From positions 1,984,001 to 2,048,000 of the forward strand of contig OX597836.1 in NCBI GenBank assembly GCA_951406725.2: DNA of 64,000 bases, given 5' to 3'. The translations under genes and the position numbers were made by a program. The stretch is from Octopus vulgaris (lineage: Eukaryota). The notes beneath the pieces were generated by a model. The model ran no database searches. It saw nothing but the letters and a program-made list of their open reading frames with translations, and had not been told where the DNA came from. This document shows, piece after piece, positions 27,596-42,906 of the stretch. The stretch's first letter is position 1. Each line of letters starts with the position of its first letter.

Positions 27596-28231
27596 AATAT
27601 ATATATATATATATACAGAGATACATATATATTTATATACATGTGTGCATGTAGGTATACTGATGCAAATCGGAAATATATAGATACACAAAAAGTGTGT
27701 GTGTTATGTGTGTGTGTGTGTATGTGTGTGTGTGTGTGTGTGTATGTGTGTGTGTATGTGTGTGTATGTGTGCGTATATGTGTGTGTATGTGTGTGTGTG
27801 CGTGTGCGTGCGTATCTGAATGGGAAATACTATTTTATTAATAGTGATATTGCAACACTGATGGTCTTTGGATATCACATTTTTGTTGACTGCCACCACA
27901 GTTTTATTTCTTGCCATATATGTTAGCCACCTAAAAAGATGATAATATTGTCTCTACCTGGTATTGCTTCTAGACACATTTATCATTTTTAACTCAAATT
28001 TAGTGTCGAACAGAAACATAAAATAATGTGTTTAGTGAATACTAAAAATCGCATCACCAACATTAAAGCTAACCACTGTACCAACAGATGTACCAACATT
28101 ACATTCCTACTATTTGCAAATATAGTTCAAAATGTATCAGCGAATGTATTTAAATGTATTTACACATGTATCCTATGTAGCAGTATATATATATATATGT
28201 AATATGTGTGTGTGTGTGTTTATATATATAT

Positions 28232-28708
28232 AATTACAAATAAGGGCAAAGAAAAATTTTCTATGCCAATATGCTGAGACATTGACTTTAGATCGTCTAG
28301 CCACATACAATATTTTTCACTATTGTTGGAAAAATTTTATCCTTATATTAGAAGTAAATTTATTACCATTCACTGCGGGACTGGTAACCACTTTGCCTGA
28401 GTTACCTGACCGACTACACGTGTGTTGCGGCTTGCTACAGAATTTCTCTTTGGATATATTTGAGGTACTTAAATGTACTACTTTTTCCCGTGGGTATGTG
28501 TAAGTATTCCATTTATTCTGATCGTGTTCCTCGCAGACGAAGGAAGAATGCATTTAGATTAATCCAGATATCGGTCTGACTCTGGAATAACGGAATTTTA
28601 AAAACTTCTGTGAGCTTGCTTTCCTCCTTCCAACAAGCTGTGTATTTATACTGAAAAATGTCGTATGTGCTTAGAAGGGCTATTTTTGTTTTGCCCTTAT
28701 TTGTAATT
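28232..28708. mobile_element. Element with 19-bp perfect inverted repeats between microsatellites (MITE-like or inverted Penelope pLTR pair)
   Basis: AATTACAAATAAGGGCAAA (28232-28250) and its reverse complement (28690-28708). It contains a degenerate hammerhead-like motif at 28527-28587. Confidence 0.55.
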
Positions 28709-28793
28709 GCTCGTAATTTTCACATTAAAAAGGTATTTATATATGCTAGCCAATGATAACAATTTTTGAACACTTTTATACTTATAGTAGAAG

Positions 28794-28888
<95 letters not shown>

Positions 28889-29335
28889 TTATATATTTAA
28901 TTTCTGGCTGAAATATCGCCATTTTCGATTGGAATACTTCAAATTAATCTTTAAGGTATTCACATCGTGTTCTTCCGTGGATTCTTTTGGTTCTATGGTC
29001 GTATGTATTACCTATCTGGTGTTTAAGGATGCCCGATGGGTTGTTACGCTAATTTCGAACAATGAGAATCTTTTCTGAGGAAATAGTAAGGGTATTTTAG
29101 ACGTGAGTCATCACACTGAGCCAGAGTCCAAAATGTAGATTTTCGATCGAAAGCACTCGGAAATATCAGCAAAAAAGACATTCAAACCTTAATCTTCCGC
29201 ACACAGAAGGAGGCTGATAATTTTTTTGAGATGCAAAAGTGTCTATACTCAGAAATTACGTGATAAATGGATCATAGTCTCCAAAGCAGGCTACAGTTAA
29301 ATGATTGGCAGAGAAGAGATGCCAGATCGTAAGTA

Positions 29336-29401
<66 letters not shown>

Positions 29402-29880
29402 AAATATAAATTAGAGATAAAAGCACTATTATGCAACTCTAACAGTGATAGACATAAACCAAAATATAAATAACAAATAATATGTATTTTTATAAAACAT
29501 AATTAGATCTCAAAAAGTTAAAAATGAATGATCAATATATAATATGTAATAAGTAATTACATATTGATCATTCAGAAGTGCTAAGTGAACACACCGAGGC
29601 AGGAGGCACGAATGTGAGCGGTTCCGTCAAATACGCTACTTCAGCAAAAACAGAACAGAAATGAAACCGAACTACACTGGAGAGCGATGCTCCAGCTAGG
29701 ACGGGACTTCTGGCTGAAACATTTAAGTGACAAATGATAAATGATATATATATGTATCTGAAAATTTACTTGGCTTTAAGTTGGTAGTGAAGCACATATT
29801 TAAATTGATATATCTTCATATATACACACGCTCTATGTTCATATATCCATATTCGTATTTACATGCGTATATATTTGTAC

Positions 29881-29931
<51 letters not shown>

Positions 29932-30297
29932 TATATGTATGTATCGCATGCCCCATAAATCAATAAAGTTAAAACCGAAAGAAGTTGTGTGACATAAAAG
30001 CCTATCAGGAAGCGGAGACTGTTATCTGAAGAGTCTGCTTCTTCGATGCCATATTTTATAAGTTTTGAATAAGACAATGTGAGGAAACATCATTCGCCGG
30101 AATTTCAGAAGACTGCTTCGAAATAAGAAAGACTCCAGAGAATATATCGTTATGGAATCAATTCCTTTGTACTTACATGGACAGTCGGGCACATACTACA
30201 AATAGATAAATAGATAAATAAATATACATACATATATATACATATAAATATATACGCATATGTACATATATATATGTATATATGTATGTACATTTAC

Positions 30298-30362
<65 letters not shown>

Positions 30363-33259
30363 TGCCTATGCAGAAGTATGAATATGCTTATACATAAATC
30401 TTTTCATATGGAGTTGTCAGCATCGCTTGTATTCCTTGTTGCTACGAAATTTATAGCTGCAGTTGTTGGTGTTGTTGTTGGTGGTGGTGGTGGATGTGTA
30501 GCTCTTCCACCGACTGGCAGCGGCTGTTATTGCTATGACGATGTATTGATAAACATAATGTGTTACTTGGTTTTCGTTTATATATAAACATATATATATT
30601 TATTCATATCTGTCTGTCATATTTCAAAGTATAACTTTATTCGTTATTCTTCTGTACTTTCGTTTTTACACGGTTTCGTTTTTCTTAAATATTTAATTTC
30701 ATTTTCCCATGCTGATATTCCTATTGGACACTTAATAATCCGACATTCCTGGAACACACTGCCGAGAGAAAAGTAGAATTTATTATAGAGACAAGCATGC
30801 ACAAAAAAAAAAAACGTTCTTAAACTCACAAACATTCAGTTCTTTCTACACAGTACAGAACTTATTACTATGACTTTCCTATAGCGTAATAGATTCTGCT
30901 GGTGTCTTTAAATTATACGGATCTAATAACTAATATAACAGGCGTGAAACTAAGCAGGCAGTTTGTGTAAATCTTTCATGGTTTCTAAAGGTTCAGTCGT
31001 AAATTTTGGAAATGATAAAAGAAGCACTTTTATGTTTACCACAATCTTAATATTCTGTAGAGCGTTAGTAACAGACAATTGTGATTCCTGTTTAATAAAG
31101 GTAATTGAGGGATTGATTTGTCATTTAAATACCTATTGCCCATTAGTTTTCGAGGTACCTTCGGGTGTTTGTATTTGGCAAAAACGTATATACACGAGAT
31201 ACTTAAACCATTGGTTATTTGCGTTCAGATTCTAAGCTAGGGGGTGTAACTGAATGTGAAGTTCATCAACGATATTATGTGAATCATTTAACTATTTAAA
31301 ATATATTGCTTGGCAAAATTGAAATAATAGAAGGTAACGTGGTTGATGGAGAGAGCATGTTCTCCATGCAGAAGGCCTAAAGTAAGGGCAGAAGTGAAAG
31401 GATGAGAAAAATTATAGAGTAGAAAGGGAGAGAAATCGGTGACGACATGGATGCAGAAGCGAGAGAAATATCCTAAAATTGACGTTTCTATAATCAAAGA
31501 AAAATATAGGCATGATAGGTACAATATTGTAATACAGGAAGCAAATAATTATGAAGAGTGACTTTAAAATTTAAGCAAAACAGTGAAAATTGAATAAATA
31601 AATAAATAAATAACTGGTTGAAAGGGTGAGAGGAGGAAAACGAAAAAAAGCTGGAGAAAGAAAAACGTATTAAACTTTATACAATGGCTGGATATATATT
31701 GGACGATGGAAAATTTACAGCAGAATAAATACGAGGAAGAAAAGAAAAGTTAAGTAGGGAGATTGACCAAACTATATTGGGAGGATGATGCAAGGATAGA
31801 GAATTGGTGACTAAAGCAAATAAAATGAAAATGTTTACTATATTCAATGGACTAAAAATTTTGAGTTGTTTTGTAATGACGAAGGAAAAGGAATCTCGTT
31901 ACGAAAGTCCATTGTGATCGCCTGGGAAATGCCTGTCAATAATGCTTAACTTATTGAAAGACAAAAGACTCAAAACAAATCAGATTGTTAAATATTCATA
32001 GAATATTAACAAGACCTAAAGAAACGTCTGAGAATGATCGAGAAATTTTAAAGAAATTCGACCCACAAAATTACCATATATTCTGCTTGTAGGAGAATAG
32101 AAACACTTTGCATAATTTTATTTTGATAACCAAATGTTAAAAGAGGCGATTTCGATAAACCAAACATTAAGTTAGAGTCACCATTATAAGGAAGGTTTCA
32201 ATTGTTTGAAGCAGCATCCCTTAAATCCTTCAGAATAAGTGTTGGATATATATAATCGATGGCAACAGTCAGTCTGCGATTTTCATCTTTCTATTACAGA
32301 AAAGCAGTCAAAGAGATATTCTTCATTTTTAAAAAATCTTTCCACCGTATTCGCTTACTATTCAAGTAACGTCTATGAAGACAAAATGTCTTCACTTCTC
32401 CTGGTTTTCTACCTTCACATTACTATTAAGTTGTTTCACATGAAATGTCGTATTTGAAAGGTGACAAAAAAGTGCGTCAGAAATGTTAGACAACTGATTT
32501 ATTTAATCAAATTGTGATCCTGTGCAAGCCATATGGCTTGCACAGCAAGGTTCGGCCAATTTATTTGCACATATGCGTATTTGTCTGTTAATTACATTCG
32601 TAACTGTTAAAATATTAAAATGTAGAATTTGGTATTAAGAGGCCTGACGATTGGGGTTATGTTTTAAGAAATGTTCCTGTAAAAGACTGCGTGTTTAAGG
32701 AACGGTAAAAGAACCTCAAGAAACACGTGTAGCAGAGAAATTTTAGAAATGATTAGTAAGTATTAAAATCAAATTCTTTTATATGGTGTGATGTATATTT
32801 TGCATGGGACTGCTACCTCTAAATAACACACACACACACACATATATTTACCTGTTGCTTACCTTCTCTTCGTCTTGTTTATGCATGCTTCTGTGTTCAT
32901 GTTTTCTGTATTGTTTTGTATCTTGTGTCCCCTTGCCAGTCTGTAATCCCTGTAATCAGCTGAATTCAACTGATTAATACTCTCCCCCTTTCTCTTTGTC
33001 TCAGTCTGTCGAAGTTATTCCCATAATCCTACAAATGACACATTTTTTACAATCACTTACAGACACAGCTTGGCCATAGATTCTCTCTCCATTGAAATAT
33101 TGTAACTCTCGTAAGCAGCGTTGTTTATATTCACCAAATGATAAGCTTATCTCTGCCCACGCTTCTGTCTTTTGTGTCTCCTCTTCCGCATTTTCCATTT
33201 CATATTCTACCGCTTTTTTACTATTGTATACAGTCATATAACTTGAATGTATATGTATG

Positions 33260-33291
<32 letters not shown>

Positions 33292-33402
33292 GTTTATATC
33301 AGTAGTAATACATTTGTGCATACTGTAGTGCTACAGACACAAAGCAAACGACTGACGCTAGTGTTAAGTCTTCGTCAACAAAATCTTCATTATGTATGAT
33401 AT

Positions 33403-33838
33403 TTTCTTTTCCAGTCTAGGCACGAGGCCCGAAATGTTTGGGGAGGTGCTCAGTCGATTTGATCGACCCCAGTACGCAACTGGTAATTATTTTCTTTGTC
33501 CCGAAATGATGAAAGGCAAAGTCAACCTCGGCGGAGTTTGAATTAAGAACATAAAGACAGATGATATACCACCAAGCATTTCGACCTCCGTGCTAATGTT
33601 TCTTATTTCTTTATTGCGCACAATGGACTAAATATAGAAGGGACAAACAAGGACAAACAAAGTGATAAAGTCGATTACATCTATCCCAGTGCGTGACTGG
33701 TACTTAATTTATTGACCCCGAAAGGATGAAAGGCAAGTCAGACCTCGGCTTTAATTTGAACTCAGAACGTAACGGCAGACGAAATACCGCTAAGCATTTC
33801 GCCCAGCGTGCTAACGTTTTTGCTATAACGTCGCTTTA
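33403..33838 (-). mobile_element. Head-to-tail SINE family A heterodimer (tail-1 copy 33603-33838 plus tail-2 copy 33403-33602)
   Basis: Two reverse-strand copies are fused directly. TATGTATGATAT occurs at 33391-33402 and 33846-33857. Confidence 0.85.
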
Positions 33839-34019
33839 AAATACGTATGTATGATATATTTTCACAGAAATCTTTAGTCTATGACTTGAAAACTTTTCCT
33901 CTACTTGAGGTTAAAAGATTATATATATTAGCTAAAGTTGTGATGTCTATGTATGTATGTATGTATGTATGTATGTATGTATGTATGTATGTATGTATGT
34001 ATGTATGTATGTATGTATG

Positions 34020-34055
<36 letters not shown>

Positions 34056-34069
34056 AATCAATCTATCTA

Positions 34070-34100
<31 letters not shown>

Positions 34101-34101
34101 A

Positions 34102-34151
<50 letters not shown>

Positions 34152-36699
34152 AAATTGGTCAGGTGCAGGCAGCTCAAGCGCAATACATCTCGCTACTACA
34201 CTAACAATCCGACAGTGATCTTTCTCGCATCTTTTGTAAGTAAGATCACTTGAAACCTTGGCGTCTGCGTGTCTGTCCTAAATCCATTGGCTTATTTGCC
34301 TTTAGGTAAGAATGAATCCATATTTTGCAACCTTAAATGTCGTATAGGTGCACGAATCTACGTGTTTACATAATTTGTCTTTTAGAATACACGGTTTCAG
34401 ACAGTGTAGCAAGTTGAGCATAAGTTATACAGTGAATCGTGAGTGCCTACGCAATAATAAAATGAAGTGGAAGACTCGTTATGCAAATGCACAAAAGCTC
34501 TATGCATGAAATGCATGCCTTTCCGCTATTTTTATCATTCGGAATCCATGCTTGTTAAGTCTACATTGAATAATAAGCCTTCAGCATATATTTATATGTA
34601 GAAGAAAGTTCCCCAACAGAAGGCAGTCGAGACATTCACCTATACACGCATATATATATGTGATGTGTGTGTGTGTGAGAGAGAGTATATGTATATATAT
34701 ATATTTATATATATGTTATTTATGTATATGTAAGTGCTGAACATATTTCCTTTACATCTAAAGTGTATTGGAAGATGATCCCAAGAGTTTACGCTACATT
34801 CCATTTGATCGCAGTTTTGAATATTGCCACATTTATGAGTTTATAATTATATTTTGAGAATAGTTATGAAATGTTAATTCACATTGTTACTGTAGAAGTA
34901 GCAGGCTACTCGAATGCCTAAACAATTAACGATCTGTTCCTTGTGTTTTACAACAAAGGCAGTTACACGAATTAAATCAATGGATCCTTTGAAAGTATGC
35001 CATATATACTTCTATGACAATAGAATTTGTCAACCGAAAGAATGGCTCACCTTTTCACGTAAAGTACTGAGAGACGAACTGAATTCTACGGTCAATGCAG
35101 TTTGCATTAACAATTAAATAGTGAGAACATATTATTGTTAAAGTGTTTGTCCAAATGATTAATTAATTAATGTACCCAATACAATGCATTTCGTGATGAT
35201 GTTGTACTGCTTGGAATCCTGAAAGCTTGTCTGAGGAACCAACCATTCAGATAATATTATTTACTGAATCTATTTTATCACGGACTTATCTAAAGAGAAG
35301 AAAAAAATATCCTGCCTGAAATTTCTGACTCAAATGTGTAAGCACGAAAGCTATCGAAACGAAATTTTGATTTGCCACCATACTTTAAAGCAAATGGATT
35401 CTTCTTTCTTCTTGTAAACTCAACAGAACTAACGAAACCTTCAGAAAACTAACATGTAGCATCCAATTGGCACTACATGATTGATTCATGAAATGACACA
35501 TGAGTGACATTGAGATTTATAAAAAAAAATTCAAGTTATGATTGCCATTTGTCTGTTCCATCTACCTAAATATGACAGTTTATAACCAGATTAGGCTCTA
35601 CTTACAATCCCTCATAATCTTCAAAATAGTAGTCAACAGTTTAATGGTCAATAGATGAGATAGTTCCAGGAATACTAATAAGAATTCAAAGAATATCTAG
35701 AAAATACTGGTGATCCAAGGAAACATAAGATTATCATTTGACGTGAATGGAAACGCAGATCTCTCATATCTGCAAGAATTGAACAGTTGCAACGTGTCCC
35801 CTAAATTCATTCCAGGATGTTTTTACAATTCATCAATTTTAATCATATTTCATTGAAATATTTTGGTTAGGCAACGGATAACATCAGTTAGAGAGTCTTG
35901 CAGTACATTTCTAAAACCAACTCTTACATATTATGCTGCAAAGCAAAAGGACCTTGAGGGGCCGCGGGTAAGGTAGGCTTCTAGCATTTATGAGTTTTTT
36001 AACAAACATAAAATATATCAAGATTCTAAAAAAAAAAAAAAAATTCCACGTTTTAAAATACGCATTACAAAAGGATCGATGGAATAATATAATTCCAGGG
36101 GATTAATGAAATCTTTCATATTAATACAGTAGCACTCGGGTGTGCGGAAAAATGTACCTCCTCTAATCTCTTGAAATCCATAAAAAATATCAATACGCGA
36201 CAAAATATTCGTGAGACAATCAATGAACAAGTAGAGCGACGCCACCATTCTATTGATGAAATGGAAATATTACAACGGATTTTGAGAAGATGATAGATCG
36301 TTACTATTGAGCAACTGGCCAGGAATGAAAATCATTTCAGGACAGTTTAAAATAATATTGTTTAATGTATATTTATTACATGTATGTGTATCAAATTGAA
36401 TTTTGCCATCATAAATATGTATACTTTAGTGAAGTGCAAAGTATGATATTTCCAGTCTGACAAGAAATAAATATTATATCGAAGGTTATTTAATATAGCA
36501 TAAGTATTAATAAAAAAAGGAGAAAATAAAAGCTGTGATATTCCAAAGATTAGACAGACTCGCGGAAAAGGTAACGAGAGATCTGACGCAGCAGCCCACA
36601 GCGCTTAAAGAACAACAAAGAATATATTTGACCATTCGAAATAGAAAGGAAATACAATTTTCTTGTGAATATGTCTATATATGTGTCTATATATGTTAT

Positions 36700-37050
<351 letters not shown>

Positions 37051-37263
37051 ATTCATCTTGAGATGGAGACACCTTTCGTCAGGTAGGTGGTTGTAAAGAG
37101 ATTTTCAATACATATTTTTACCTAAATATATACAGACACGTCCGGAAGGAGGTGGGGCGACGAATTCCCATATCTATTAGTGCATATACACACGCTATAA
37201 ACACCATACAAATATACACATAGAAATACATATATATTTATGTATACGTATATATATGTAATT

Positions 37264-37324
<61 letters not shown>

Positions 37325-37677
37325 GTGTCTGTGTGTGTGTGTATCTATGTTTGTGTGTGCATAAGTGTTTATGCAAGTATGATTATAACAGGAATAAAAC
37401 ATCTATAGCGAGTCCTCTTCTGTGGCAAATTCATAATAAACGCTGATATTGGATATCTTCATATGTTTTCGATCAATATACACAAAATCAAATAACATTT
37501 CTATTGCCATCTTATGAGCGATTCAGACATATTGCTTGGTATAAAGCTTGTCTTTATCACCAGAGTTTACAAGCCGCAACCATATCTATCGCCATCTTAT
37601 ATTTATCAAACCTGCATATGAACTTTTGCACATATGCATAGCTGCGTGCAAATGAATATATGTACATATATAAATAT

Positions 37678-37739
<62 letters not shown>

Positions 37740-37864
37740 TGTATGTGTGAGTGTGTCTCAGCGTGTATGCTTGCATGTGTGTGTTTCCGTGAGTACATGC
37801 GTGTTTGCTTCTGTGGGTTTGCGTGTGTATGTTTTTGAGTGTGTACGCATACATACATTATATA

Positions 37865-38004
<140 letters not shown>

Positions 38005-38678
38005 TATGTATATACGTATATACATATATTTATAAATACTGTATACATATGTATACGGATGCATATATTCATGTATGTATGTTTATGTGAATATATTTAT
38101 ATATCAATATATGCGACAGTGCGTTAGACAGGTTATCCTATAACATACACATAACAAAATCAGATTAACACTAAATGGAATTGCTGATATATATATATAT
38201 ATATGCATAAATGTATGTATATTCATATATACTTAACATATATATGTGTATAAAATATATGTATGGTTGTGTGCATCTATGCATGTATATATATATATAT
38301 GTGTTTGTCTGCTAAGATTGTGTGTTATGGAAGGCGAATGTATTTAAATGTGGTAAGACCTTCTAAGACGCAAAAGTTCAAAGGAAGAATATAAAGAGAT
38401 TTATTATACAATGAATAATATGACGTGTGACGTCAGTGGTTGGTACGAGACCAGAGAGAGAGAGAGAGATATTTATGTAAGAGTCAGCTGGAGAAAGTGA
38501 GAGAGTAGGGCACAACGTGAGAAAGAGTGAGAGAGTGTGAGTCGTAAAGTATAGGAATGAAAGCAACAGGGAATAGTAGGATATGTGCGAGGAATGTATA
38601 AACATGCATGTATATATAAGTATATTAGACTGCATGTGAACATTTGAATGTGTCTTTGTGTCTAATATAGCTCGCTTC

Positions 38679-38766
<88 letters not shown>

Positions 38767-38853
38767 GTATGTGTATAAATATATATATATGTATATATAT
38801 ATATATATGCATATATATGTATATATATATATGTGTTTTATATATATATACAT

Positions 38854-38913
<60 letters not shown>

Positions 38914-38961
38914 TATATGCGTGTGTGTTTGTATGTGTGTTTATAGATGTCTGTCTGTCTG

Positions 38962-39068
<107 letters not shown>

Positions 39069-39699
39069 TGTGTGTGTGTATGTGTGTTTATAGATGTATG
39101 TCTGTCTGTATATATATATATATAGATATACATAGGCGTGTGATAGAGTGAATGAAAAACAATAAGCAGCTACGTCAGGAAATGTAATAGGATGCCAGAG
39201 AGCCATAGTGTTTATAGAAAGATGCATGATATAACAGGAGATGAGCAATATGGGTGGATGGTCATCTGTCCGGATTCCCTTTCCCTCTTTCGTCGACGAG
39301 ACTTAAATGAATGTATTTTGGTTTCGAGAATATCATAGAACTGTTTGTTTTTTCCAAAATATTTTAGGCAGATATCGAATAATATAAAGGTGTATAGAAC
39401 ATTGTTGCCAGAAGGAAGTTTGGCAACTGACGAAGATGAAGATGTTTAAAAGGAGGATGGCAATGAAAAGGAGGAACTGAACGAGGGGATTTTGCTCTTG
39501 CTGAGTGTATTGAACAGGCTGATGATAATCTCAAAACTTTGTAACATAAACCAACTTCTTTAAAGTAAAGTAGAGTGGAAGTTTTAAAAATCAGAGAAAG
39601 CGCTGTTGTGGTGTATGTGTAATTGAATGTCAATCACTGTACATATATATATATATATATAATACACACACACACGCATACACACACACATACACACAC

Positions 39700-39800
<101 letters not shown>

Positions 39801-41256
39801 TACGCATATACACATACGCTTATATAGAATATGAATCATCTGAACGAAGTGATGTATTGTATGAGATATAATATAACAGAATTTCAAAGAAATATAAGAC
39901 CAAATTTCGTGACATAATTACGCTCTTCTGTTTAAAAAGGTTGGTAGTTCTATGAATTAACCAAACCACTTTTGTGCTGCTACCAATTTGACAAAGATGT
40001 CAACAGAAGACAATATAGAAGCATTAATATAACCAAAACGAAAAAAGAAAATAATAAATATCTCAGACCTCTGAGTACATCTTTATTAAATTCTAGAATA
40101 TAATATCAGTTTCAATATGCTGAAACATTCTTCTTTTCCATTAGGAATTTCTCCAAGACAGCTATTGTTTGGAGACTGTGATAGCATCTATAATAATATG
40201 GTCGTATATTAACGCGTCGCAATAAAATAGAATCTTGAAAGAAAGTGGTAAGGCGAGAAAAATGAAAGAAAAAAAATCAAGTGAGAAATGCGAAAAATAT
40301 AAGCATATCAAAACAGTTGAAAAACCAAGAAAAAATCCGAACAAAATTGATATTAAACAGAAGAAAAAAATGGAGAACAGAACTAATAAAAGGACAACAC
40401 GGCTTCAGGTCGATGATAAACAATAACCGTACTATTAACATTTACAACAAAAGTCTATTCGATGTGTTAGGTATAGCAATCAAATGTCAGTCAAATCACA
40501 ACCTATTGTATATATTTATGGCCATTTTGTATAATGCACATCTGCTCCCTGGATATTGAAATAAGAAGAGTTTTTCACGGCTGGAACGCTTTTGATCATA
40601 GGTTAACTGATCACGTCTGAGAGAGGAGAGTGTACAAGACACCAGTCGAAATCATCAACAATGACGACGGCATTAAGAATTAGCCAATGCGATGGCTTCT
40701 ATGTAGTGACTTCGTTTGATGGACATATTATCCAAATGTCCTCAAACCTCAATTATACTCTCAAAAAAGGAAATGTTGTCCACTGTACACTAAACTATTG
40801 AATTACTGGGAACAATGATGGGATGAACATGCACTGAACGCCATTTAATCACATCTCCCTTTCATTAGTGACTGACCACTAATTGTAGTATTACATATAT
40901 CAAGATGGTACGAAATAAGGTACATAAAAATCACAGGTACAAACATTCACATACTTCCCTTGTACACGCACACACATACACACATATGCTCACACAGAAC
41001 GGAAACACTAATTTTCTTCACCCCTTCCTTCCTTATTCATATCTACCACCCTTTCATTTCTCTCACTGATGTTACGTTCTCTCACTCCTTCTCAATCTGA
41101 GTTATTACTCTCACTACTTACCCTCCACTGAATTACAATTTTATCATCATAAAGACAACCACCATCACCACCACCAAACCCAGCACCGCCACCACTACCA
41201 TCATCATCATCATCATCATTATTATTATTATTATTGTTATTATTATTATTATTATT

Positions 41257-41775
41257 GCCTTTGCACAGCTTCTAACGCTGGAGATGTACTACAGTGTCAG
41301 CTTTTCACTACCAGTGAACTAAGGTAACACCTCTTACTTTTCGAGCACCTTCTGGAGTATTCGAGCAGTTCCAAGCAACGCTGTTTCTGCAAGTGCTCCA
41401 CTCTTATTGCAGTCCCTATGTCTTCCACGAACATCTCGAGATTTTAGCTCACTCTTCTCAGGGTTCCGACAATTATTGGTACTACTGCTACCTTTTTCAT
41501 CGAACACAACTGTTTAACTTCCCAAGCTAACCTGTCATATTTCTCGACTTTTCTTTCTTCCTTATCGCATACCCTGTTGTCAGCTGAACATGCTATATCT
41601 ATGATCCAGCAGAATTTGTTTTCTTTCTCAATTAAGACTATGTCCGGCTTCCTATTCTCAATCTCATGGTCGCACTGAATCATAAAATTCCATAGAATCT
41701 TTGCATTTCAATTTTCGACAATGCCTTCAGTGTGTGGCAGTACAATTTTTTTCTCTGTCAAGTCCATACTTGTTG
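41257..41775 (-). mobile_element. R4/Dong-type non-LTR retrotransposon 3' fragment with restriction-like endonuclease (PD...D motif)
   Basis: With frameshifts, the minus strand reads KYGLD...AKILWNFMIQCDHEIENRKPDIVLIEKENKFCWIIDIACSADNRVCDKEERKVEKYDRLAWEV...VVPIIVGTL...ALLGTARILQKVLEK*, with the stop at 41334-41336. A short 3'UTR ends directly in (TAA)n. Confidence 0.85.
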
Positions 41776-42212
41776 ACGGTGAGCGGGTAGAATCGTTAGC
41801 ACGCTAGACGGAATGCATAGCTAAATTTCATCCATCGCTTCGTTCTGAGTTCAAATTTTGCCGAGCTCGACTTTGCCCCTCATCTAATCGAGCTTGATGA
41901 AAGTTGTACCAGTTACGCATTGGGACAGATGTAATCGACTAGCCCCATTTCCAAAAATATTTTCAATGCCTTGTGCCAAGAGTAGAGATAATAATAATTA
42001 TTTTTATTAAGGCGGTGAGTTGGCAGAATCGTTAGCAGAAAATGCTAAGCGCTATTTCGTCCATCTTTACGCTTCGGGTACAAAATCTGTGGAGGTTAAT
42101 TTTGCTTTTTATCCAATCGAGATCGATGAAAGAGTACCACTTTCGTACTTTGCGATGTAATCGAGGTAACCCCTCTCCCAAATTTGGTGGCCTTTTGCCA
42201 ATATTCAAAATC
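41775..42212 (+). mobile_element. Two tandem SINE family A copies (41775-41990 and 42011-42212), tail 2
   Basis: Each has a G[A/G]CGGTGAG..GG.AGAATCGTTAGCA head, a B-box and a GCCTT[G/T]TGCCAA tail. Confidence 0.82.
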
Positions 42213-42547
42213 ATCATCATAATCATCAACATCATTATTGTTGTTACTGATGGTGCTGTTGTCATTGTTGTTGCTGTTTTGTGGCTGCTGTTCATGTTAT
42301 TAATTGGACAGTAGTGGTGCGAAAGAAACACCTAGTTATATAACCTTATTAACAAATAACGATCAACCATTCGTGTGGTTGCATAGGATCAAGCTCAGAA
42401 AATGGCGGCGGAAAGTTTTATGTCGTTAATGAAAGAGCGGGGTGGGGGGAAATATATTATCGGAGTTGTGGTGTGAGGACGTCAGTTAGCGAAACATGAA
42501 TGTGTTTGTTTATGAGATGGCTGACCTTATCTGGCCAAGTGTGCGTG

Positions 42548-42578
<31 letters not shown>

Positions 42579-42840
42579 ATCTGCTTGTTGATCTTCGTGT
42601 GGCTCTACACCGTGTTTATGTGCATGTATGAATATTATTTAATGTATCTATTATCAATGAAACACATACACACACACATATATGTGTATGTATATATATA
42701 TATGTATGCACACGCAAATATACATTTATAGTATATTAAGCATTATTTACTATTCAGTATATATATATATATATATATATATATCATATATTACACATTT
42801 AGATATTACGTATATATAAATATATATATATATATACAAT

Positions 42841-42906
<66 letters not shown>

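Noticed and set aside
32640-32682. CTGACGA...GAAA..TTC hammerhead candidate (similarly 4234, 22860, 30026)
   Set aside because: There is no stem I or stem III pairing.
32850-33321. Minus-strand ORF with GTAAGT/GTAAGC donor-like sites and a 24-bp near-palindrome at 32953-32976
   Set aside because: No recognisable protein or coherent exon structure.
42403-42486. YY1-like AAAATGGCGGC and CRE-like GACGTCA as a promoter
   Set aside because: Short motifs without a CpG island or downstream gene are expected by chance.
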